From contig OZ059900.1 in the NCBI GenBank assembly GCA_964057225.1, positions 4,588,001 through 4,652,000 of the forward strand: 64,000 nucleotides of DNA, written 5' to 3'. Below, in pieces: positions 56,001-64,000 of the stretch (position 1 is its first letter; each line of letters begins with the position of its first letter). The notes beneath the pieces were generated by a model. That model ran no database searches and was not told where the DNA came from. It saw only the letters and a program-made list of their open reading frames with translations. This DNA is from Auanema rhodensis (Eukaryota > Animalia > Nematoda). Made by a program: the position numbers and the translations under genes.

Positions 56001-59000
56001 ATACTTAGGTGGTATAGCTACCTGTTCACAAAAAATTCGAAGTCTTGGTTACCATGCATCAAATCCTTTAAGATAGTGTTTCTAGACTAATATAACCATG
56101 GGGACTTCATTAAATTTCACAGTATTCTTCTATCTTTAACGGTATCCGAGTTACAAATCAAGATCACTTTCCTTGGATACTTAGGTGGTATAGCTACCTG
56201 TTCACAAAAAATTGGAAGTCCTGGTTACCATGCATCAAACCCATTAAGATTGTGTTTCTAGACTAATATAACCATGGGGACTTCTTTAAATTTCACAGTA
56301 TTCTTCTATCTTTAACGGTATCCGAGTTACAAATCAAGATCACTTTCTTTGGATACTTAGGTGGTATAGCTACCTGTTCACAAAAAATTCGAAGTCTTGG
56401 TTACCATGCATCAAATCCTTTAAGATAGTGTTTCTAGACTAATATAACCATGGGGACTTCCTTAAATTTAACAGTATTCTTCTATCTTCAACGGTATCCG
56501 AGTTACAAATCAAGATCACTTTCTTTGGATACTTAGGTGGTATAGCTACCTGTTCACAAAAAATTGGACGTCTTGGTTACCATGCATCAAACCCATTAAG
56601 ATTGTGTTTCTAGACTAATATGACCATGATGACTTCATTAAATTTCACAGTATTCTTCTATCTTCAACGGTATCCGAGTTACAAATCAAGATCACTTTCT
56701 TTGGATACTTAGGTGGTATAGCTACCTGTTCACAAAAAATTGGAAGTCCTGGTTACCATGCATCAAACCCATTAAGATTGTGTTTCTAGACTAATATGAC
56801 CATGATGACTTCATTAAATTTCACAGTATTCTTCTATCTTCAACGGTATCCGAGTTACAAATCAAGATCACTTTCTTTGGATACTTAGGTGGTATAGCTA
56901 CCTGTTCACAAAAAATTGGACGTCTTGGTTACCATGCATCAAACCCATTAAGATTGTGTTTCTAGACTAATATGACCATGATGACTTCATTAAATTTCAC
57001 AGTATTCTTCTATCTTCAACGGTATCCGAGTTACAAATCAAGATCACTTTCTTTGGATACTTAGGTGGTATAGCTACCTGTTCACAAAAAATTGGAAGTC
57101 CTGGTTACCATGCATCAAACCCATTAAGATTGTGTTTCTAGACTAATATGACCATGATGACTTCATTGAAATTCACAGTATTCTTCTATCTTCAACGGTA
57201 TCGGGGTTACAAATCAAGATCACTTTCTTTGGATACTTAGATGGTATAGCTACCTGTTCACAAAAAATTCGAAGTCTTGGTTACCATGCATCAAATCCTT
57301 TAAGATAGTGTTTCTAGACTAATATAACCATGGGGACTTCATTAAATTTCACAGTATTCTTCTATCTTTAACGGTATCCGAGTTACAAATCAAGATCACT
57401 TTCCTTGGATACTTAGGTGGTATAGCTACCTGTTCACAAAAAATTGGAACTCCTGGTTACCATGCATCGAACCCATTAAGATTGTGTTTCTAGACTAATA
57501 TGACCATGGGAAATTCATTTAAGTTCACAGTAGTCTTCTATCTTTAACGGTATCCGAGTTACAAATCAAGATCACTTTCCTTGGATACTTAGGTGGTATA
57601 GCTACCTGTTCACAAAAAATTGGAAGTCCTGGTTACCATGCATCAAACCCATTAAGATTGTGTTTCTAGACTAATATAACCATGGGGACTTCATTAAATT
57701 TCACAGTATTCTTCTATCTTTAACGGTATCCGAGTTACAAATCAAGATCACTTTCCTTGGATACTTAGGTGGTATAGCTACCTGTTCACAAAAAATTGGA
57801 AGTCCTGGTTACCATGCATCAAACCCATTAAGATTGTGTTTCTAGACTAATATAACCATGGGGACTTCTTTAAATTTCACAGTATTCTTCTATCTTTAAC
57901 GGTATCCGAGTTACAAATCAAGATCACTTTCTTTGGATACTTAGGTGGTATAGCTACCTGTTCACAAAAAATTCGAAGTCTTGGTTACCATGCATCAAAT
58001 CCTTTAAGATAGTGTTTCTAGACTAATATAACCATGGGGACTTCATTAAATTTCACAGTATTCTTCTATCTTTAACGGTATCCGAGTTACAAATCAAGAT
58101 CACTTTCCTTGGATACTTAGGTGGTATAGCTACCTGTTCACAAAAAATTGGAAGTCCTGGTTACCATGCATCAAACCCATTAAGATTGTGTTTCTAGACT
58201 AATATAACCATGGGGACTTCTTTAAATTTCACAGTATTCTTCTATCTTTAACGGTATCCGAGTTACAAATCAAGATCACTTTCTTTGGATACTTAGGTGG
58301 TATAGCTACCTGTTCACAAAAAATTCGAAGTCTTGGTTACCATGCATCAAATCCTTTAAGATAGTGTTTCTAGACTAATATAACCATGGGGACTTCCTTA
58401 AATTTAACAGTATTCTTCTATCTTCAACGGTATCCGAGTTACAAATCAAGATCACTTTCTTTGGATACTTAGGTGGTATAGCTACCTGTTCACAAAAAAT
58501 TGGACGTCTTGGTTACCATGCATCAAACCCATTAAGATTGTGTTTCTAGACTAATATGACCATGATGACTTCATTAAATTTCACAGTATTCTTCTATCTT
58601 CAACGGTATCCGAGTTACAAATCAAGATCACTTTCTTTGGATACTTAGGTGGTATAGCTACCTGTTCACAAAAAATTGGAAGTCCTGGTTACCATGCATC
58701 AAACCCATTAAGATTGTGTTTCTAGACTAATATGACCATGATGACTTCATTAAATTTCACAGTATTCTTCTATCTTCAACGGTATCCGAGTTACAAATCA
58801 AGATCACTTTCTTTGGATACTTAGGTGGTATAGCTACCTGTTCACAAAAAATTGGACGTCTTGGTTACCATGCATCAAACCCATTAAGATTGTGTTTCTA
58901 GACTAATATGACCATGATGACTTCATTAAATTTCACAGTATTCTTCTATCTTCAACGGTATCCGAGTTACAAATCAAGATCACTTTCTTTGGATACTTAG

Positions 59001-59363
59001 GTGGTATAGCTACCTGTTCACAAAAAATTGGAAGTCCTGGTTACCATGCATCAAACCCATTAAGATTGTGTTTCTAGACTAATATGACCATGATGACTTC
59101 ATTGAAATTCACAGTATTCTTCTATCTTCAACGGTATCCGAGTTACAAATCAAGATCACTTTCTTTGGATACTTAGATGGTATAGCTACCTGTTCACAAA
59201 AAATTCGAAGTCTTGGTTACCATGCATCAAATCCTTTAAGATAGTGTTTCTAGACTAATATAACCATGGGGACTTCATTAAATTTCACAGTATTCTTCTA
59301 TCTTTAACGGTATCCGAGTTACAAATCAAGATCACTTTCCTTGGATACTTAGGTGGTATAGCT
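44052..59363 (+). repeat. Domain rich in aattcgaagtc / ggacgtc / ttccttgg monomer variants, with nested 3-, 6- and 9-mer periodicity
   Basis: TTCGAA monomers occur every third unit at 47396, 47924, 48452, 48980 and 49508. The 6-mer 47396-48451 matches 48452-49507. The run starting at 48804 recurs at 50388 (1584 bp offset). Confidence 0.8.
55492..59363 (+). repeat. 11-monomer (1936 bp) tandem duplication
   Basis: ggaactc/catcgaac/tagtc monomers start at 55492, 57428 and 59364, with identical type order between them. agatgg monomers occur at 57076 and 59012. Confidence 0.85.
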
Positions 59364-62300
59364 ACCTGTTCACAAAAAATTGGAACTCCTGGTTACCATG
59401 CATCGAACCCATTAAGATTGTGTTTCTAGACTAATATGACCATGGGAAATTCATTTAAGTTCACAGTAGTCTTCTATCTTTAACGGTATCCGAGTTACAA
59501 ATCAAGATCACTTTCTTTGGATACTTAGGTGGTATAGCTACCTGTTCACAAAAAATTGGAAGTCTTGGTTACCATGCATCAAATCCTTTAAGATAGTGTT
59601 TCTAGACTAATATAACCATGGGGACTTCATTAAATTTCACAGTATTCTTTTATCTTTAACGGTATCCGAGTTACAAATCAAGATCACTTTCTTTGGATAC
59701 TTAGGTGGTATAGCTACCTGTTCACAAAAAATTGGAAGTCCTGGTTACCATGCATCAAACCCATTAAGATTGTGTTTCTAGACTAATATGACCATGAGAA
59801 ATTCATTTAAGTTCACAGTATTCTTCTATCTTTAACGGTATCCGAGTTACAAATCAAGATCACTTTCTTTGGATACTTAGGTGGTATAGCTACCTGTTCA
59901 CAAAAAATTGGAACTCCTGGTTACCATGCATCGAACCCATTAAGATTGTGTTTCTAGACTAATATGACCATGGGAAATTCATTTAAGTTCACAGTAGTCT
60001 TCTATCTTTAACGGTATCCGAGTTACAAATCAAGATCACTTTCTTTGGATACTTAGGTGGTATAGCTACCTGTTCACAAAAAATTGGAAGTCTTGGTTAC
60101 CATGCATCAAATCCTTTAAGATAGTGTTTCTAGACTAATATAACCATGGGGACTTCATTAATTTTCACAGTATTCTTTTATCTTTAACGGTATCCGAGTT
60201 ACAAATCAAGATCACTTTCTTTGGATACTTAGGTGGTATAGCTACCTGTTCACAAAAAATTGGAAGTCCTGGTTACCATGCATCAAACCCATTAAGATTG
60301 TGTTTCTAGACTAATATGACCATGAGAAATTCATTTAAGTTCACAGTATTCTTCTATCTTTAACGGTATCCGAGTTACAAATCAAGATCACTTTCTTTGG
60401 ATACTTAGGTGGTATAGCTACCTGTTCACAAAAAATTGGAAGTCCTGGTTACCATGCATCAAACCCATTAAGATTGTGTTTCTAGACTAATATGACCATG
60501 GGAAATTCATTTAAGTTCACAGTAGTCTTCTATCTTTAACGGTATCCGAGTTACAAATCAAGATCACTTTCTTTGGATACTTAGGTGGTATAGCTACCTG
60601 TTCACAAAAAATTGGAAGTCTTGGTTACCATGCATCAAATCCTTTAAGATAGTGTTTCTAGACTAATATAACCATGAGGACTTCATTAATTTTCACAGTA
60701 TTCTTTTATCTTTAACGGTATCCGAGTTACAAATCAAGATCACTTTCTTTGGATACTTAGGTGGTATAGCTACCTGTTCACAAAAAATTGGAAGTCCTGG
60801 TTACCATGCATCAAACCCATTAAGATTGTGTTTCTAGACTAATATGACCATGAGAAATTCATTTAAGTTCACAGTATTCTTCTATCTTTAACGGTATCCG
60901 AGTTACAAATCAAGATCACTTTCTTTGGATACTTAGGTGGTATAGCTACCTGTTCACAAAAAATTGGAAGTCCTGGTTACCATGCATCAAACCCATTAAG
61001 ATTGTGTTTCTAGACTAATATGACCATGGGAAATTCATTTAAGTTCACAGTAGTCTTCTATCTTTAACGGTATCCGAGTTACAAATCAAGATCACTTTCT
61101 TTGGATACTTAGGTGGTATAGCTACCTGTTCACAAAAAATTGGAAGTCCTGGTTACCATGCATCAAACCCATTAAGATTGTGTTTCTAGACTAATATGAC
61201 CATGATGACTTCATTAAATTTCACAGTATTCTTTTATCTTTAACGGTATCCGAGTTACAAATCAAGATCACTTTCTTTGGATACTTAGGTGGTATAGCTA
61301 CCTGTTCACAAAAAATTGGACGTCTTGGTTACCATGCATCAAACCCATTAAGATTGTGTTTCTAGACTAATATGACCATGGGAAATTCATTTAAGTTCAC
61401 AGTAGTCTTCTATCTTTAACGGTATCCGAGTTACAAATCAAGATCACTTTCTTTGGATACTTAGGTGGTATAGCTACCTGTTCACAAAAAATTGGAAGTC
61501 TTGGTTACCATGCATCAAATCCTTTAAGATTGTGTTTCTAGACTAATATGACCATGGGAAATTCATTTAAGTTCACAGTAGTCTTCTATCTTTAACGGTA
61601 TCCGAGTTACAAATCAAGATCACTTTCTTTGGATACTTAGGTGGTATAGCTACCTGTTCACAAAAAATTGGAAGTCTTGGTTACCATGCATCAAATCCTT
61701 TAAGATAGTGTTTCTAGACTAATATAACCATGGGGACTTCATTAAATTTCACAGTATTCTTTTATCTTTAACGGTATCCGAGTTACAAATCAAGATCACT
61801 TTCTTTGGATACTTAGGTGGTATAGCTACCTGTTCACAAAAAATTGGAAGTCCTGGTTACCATGCATCAAACCCATTAAGATTGTGTTTCTAGACTAATA
61901 TGACCATGAGAAATTCATTTAAGTTCACAGTATTCTTCTATCTTTAACGGTATCCGAGTTACAAATCAAGATCACTTTCTTTGGATACTTAGGTGGTATA
62001 GCTACCTGTTCACAAAAAATTGGAACTCCTGGTTACCATGCATCGAACCCATTAAGATTGTGTTTCTAGACTAATATGACCATGGGAAATTCATTTAAGT
62101 TCACAGTAGTCTTCTATCTTTAACGGTATCCGAGTTACAAATCAAGATCACTTTCTTTGGATACTTAGGTGGTATAGCTACCTGTTCACAAAAAATTGGA
62201 AGTCTTGGTTACCATGCATCAAATCCTTTAAGATAGTGTTTCTAGACTAATATAACCATGGGGACTTTATTAATTTTCACAGTATTCTTTTATCTTTAAC

Positions 62301-62883
62301 GGTATCCGAGTTACAAATCAAGATCACTTTCTTTGGATACTTAGGTGGTATAGCTACCTGTTCACAAAAAATTGGAAGTCCTGGTTACCATGCATCAAAC
62401 CCATTAAGATTGTGTTTCTAGACTAATATGACCATGAGAAATTCATTTAAGTTCACAGTATTCTTCTATCTTTAACGGTATCCGAGTTACAAATCAAGAT
62501 CACTTTCTTTGGATACTTAGGTGGTATAGCTACCTGTTCACAAAAAATTGGAAGTCCTGGTTACCATGCATCAAACCCATTAAGATTGTGTTTCTAGACT
62601 AATATGACCATGGGAAATTCATTTAAGTTCACAGTAGTCTTCTATCTTTAACGGTATCCGAGTTACAAATCAAGATCACTTTCTTTGGATACTTAGGTGG
62701 TATAGCTACCTGTTCACAAAAAATTGGAAGTCTTGGTTACCATGCATCAAATCCTTTAAGATAGTGTTTCTAGACTAATATAACCATGGGGACTTCATTA
62801 ATTTTCACAGTATTCTTTTATCTTTAACGGTATCCGAGTTACAAATCAAGATCACTTTCTTTGGATACTTAGGTGGTATAGCT
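59364..62883 (+). repeat. 3-mer (528 bp) higher-order repeat domain
   Basis: The order gggaaattc+tagtc monomer / atcctttaag monomer / gagaaattc monomer occurs at 59364, 59892, 60420 and 62004, and partially at 62532. It is interrupted by hybrid monomers at 61124-61651. Confidence 0.8.
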
Positions 62884-64000
62884 ACCTGTTCACAAAAAAT
62901 TGGAAGTCCTGGTTACCATCCATCAAACCCATTAAGATTGTGTTTCTAGACTAATATGACCATGATGACTTCATTAAATTTCACAGTATTCTTTTATCTT
63001 TAACGGTATCCGAGTTACAAATCAAGATCACTTTCTTTGGATACTTAGGTGGTATAGCTACCTGTTCACAAAAAATTGGAAGTCCTGGTTACCATCCATC
63101 AAACCCATTAAGATTGTGTTTCTAGACTAATATGACCATGATGACTTCATTAAATTTCACAGTATTCTTTTATCTTTAACGGTATCCGAGTTACAAATCA
63201 AGATCACTTTCTTTGGATACTTAGGTGGTATAGCTACCTGTTCACAAAAAATTGGAAGTCCTGGTTACCATGCATGAAACCCATTAAGATTGTGTTTCTA
63301 GACTAATATGACCATGATGACTTCATTAAATTTCACAGTATTCTTCTATCTTCAACGGTATCCGAGTTACAAATCAAGATCACTTTCTTTGGATACTTAG
63401 GTGGTATAGCTACCTGTTCACAAAAAATTGGACGTCTTGGTTACCATGCATCAAACCCATTAAGATTGTGTTTCTAGACTAATATGACCATGATGACTTC
63501 ATTAAATTTCACAGTATTCTTCTATCTTCAACGGTATCCGAGTTACAAATCAAGATCACTTTCTTTGGATACTTAGGTGGTATAGCTACCTGTTCACAAA
63601 AAATTGGAAGTCCTGGTTACCATGCATCAAACCCATTAAGATTGTGTTTCTAGACTAATATGACCATGATGACTTCATTGAAATTCACAGTATTCTTCTA
63701 TCTTCAACGGTATCCGAGTTACAAATCAAGATCACTTTCTTTGGATACTTAGATGGTATAGCTACCTGTTCACAAAAAATTCGAAGTCTTGGTTACCATG
63801 CATCAAATCCTTTAAGATAGTGTTTCTAGACTAATATAACCATGAGGACTTCATTAAATTTCACAGTCTTCTTCTATCTTCAACGGTATCCGAGTTACAA
63901 ATCAAGATCACTTTCTTTGGATACTTAGGTGATATAGCTACCTGTTCACAAAAAATTGGAAGTCCTGGTTACCATGCATCAAACCCATTAAGATTGTGTT

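Larger units (their letters stand above)
1..64000 (+). repeat. 176-bp tandem satellite DNA array, 363 complete units plus a partial unit; probable centromeric/pericentromeric satellite
   Basis: The motif acctgttcacaaaaaattgg recurs at 1, 177, 353, 529, 705, 881 ... 63940. Bookkeeping closes exactly: 363x176 + 11 single-base insertions + 40 = 63939. No unique sequence or inversion was seen. The centromeric role is inferred only from monomer length, AT richness and higher-order structure. Confidence 0.98.

Noticed and set aside
1-64000. CRISPR array (conserved segment alternating with variable segment)
   Set aside because: The variable segments are homologous variants of one sequence, not unique spacers. 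The unit is 176 bp and there are no cas genes.
1-64000. Repeat-protein CDS on either strand
   Set aside because: Stops occur in all plus frames (TAG 64-66, TAA 69-71, TAA 92-94 or 50-52) and all minus frames (CTA 63-65, CTA 68-70, TCA 7-9) of the monomer, and 176 is not a multiple of 3.

Overview
The whole 64 kb window is one uninterrupted head-to-tail tandem array of an AT-rich (~36% GC) 176-bp satellite, all in the same orientation: 363 complete units plus a 61-bp partial. It looks like eukaryotic centromeric or pericentromeric satellite DNA, but I cannot identify the organism or name the family. There are no genes, RNA genes, transposons or CRISPR arrays; stop codons occur in all six frames of the monomer. 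Approximate consensus: acctgttcacaaaaaattggaagtcctggttaccatgcatcaaacccattaagattgtgtttctagactaatatgaccatggggacttcattaaatttcacagtattcttctatcttcaacggtatccgagttacaaatcaagatcactttctttggatacttaggtggtatagct. The informative signal is the array architecture. (i) Local higher-order repeats (3-, 6-, 8-, 9-, 11- and 12-mers) change along the array. (ii) A ~2.2-kb block of a distinct, ~7% divergent subfamily (30828-~33050) lies in register exactly between two copies of a ~7-kb segmental duplication (~23370-30827 and ~33052-39981). (iii) A single 136-bp deletion with microhomology at its junction sits at ~22467. (iv) Monomer length is almost perfectly conserved: only 11 monomers carry the same +1 C, plus the deletion. 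(v) The monomer is split into a conserved half and a variable half. Monomer typing was done by eye, so boundaries of the higher-order repeats are approximate.
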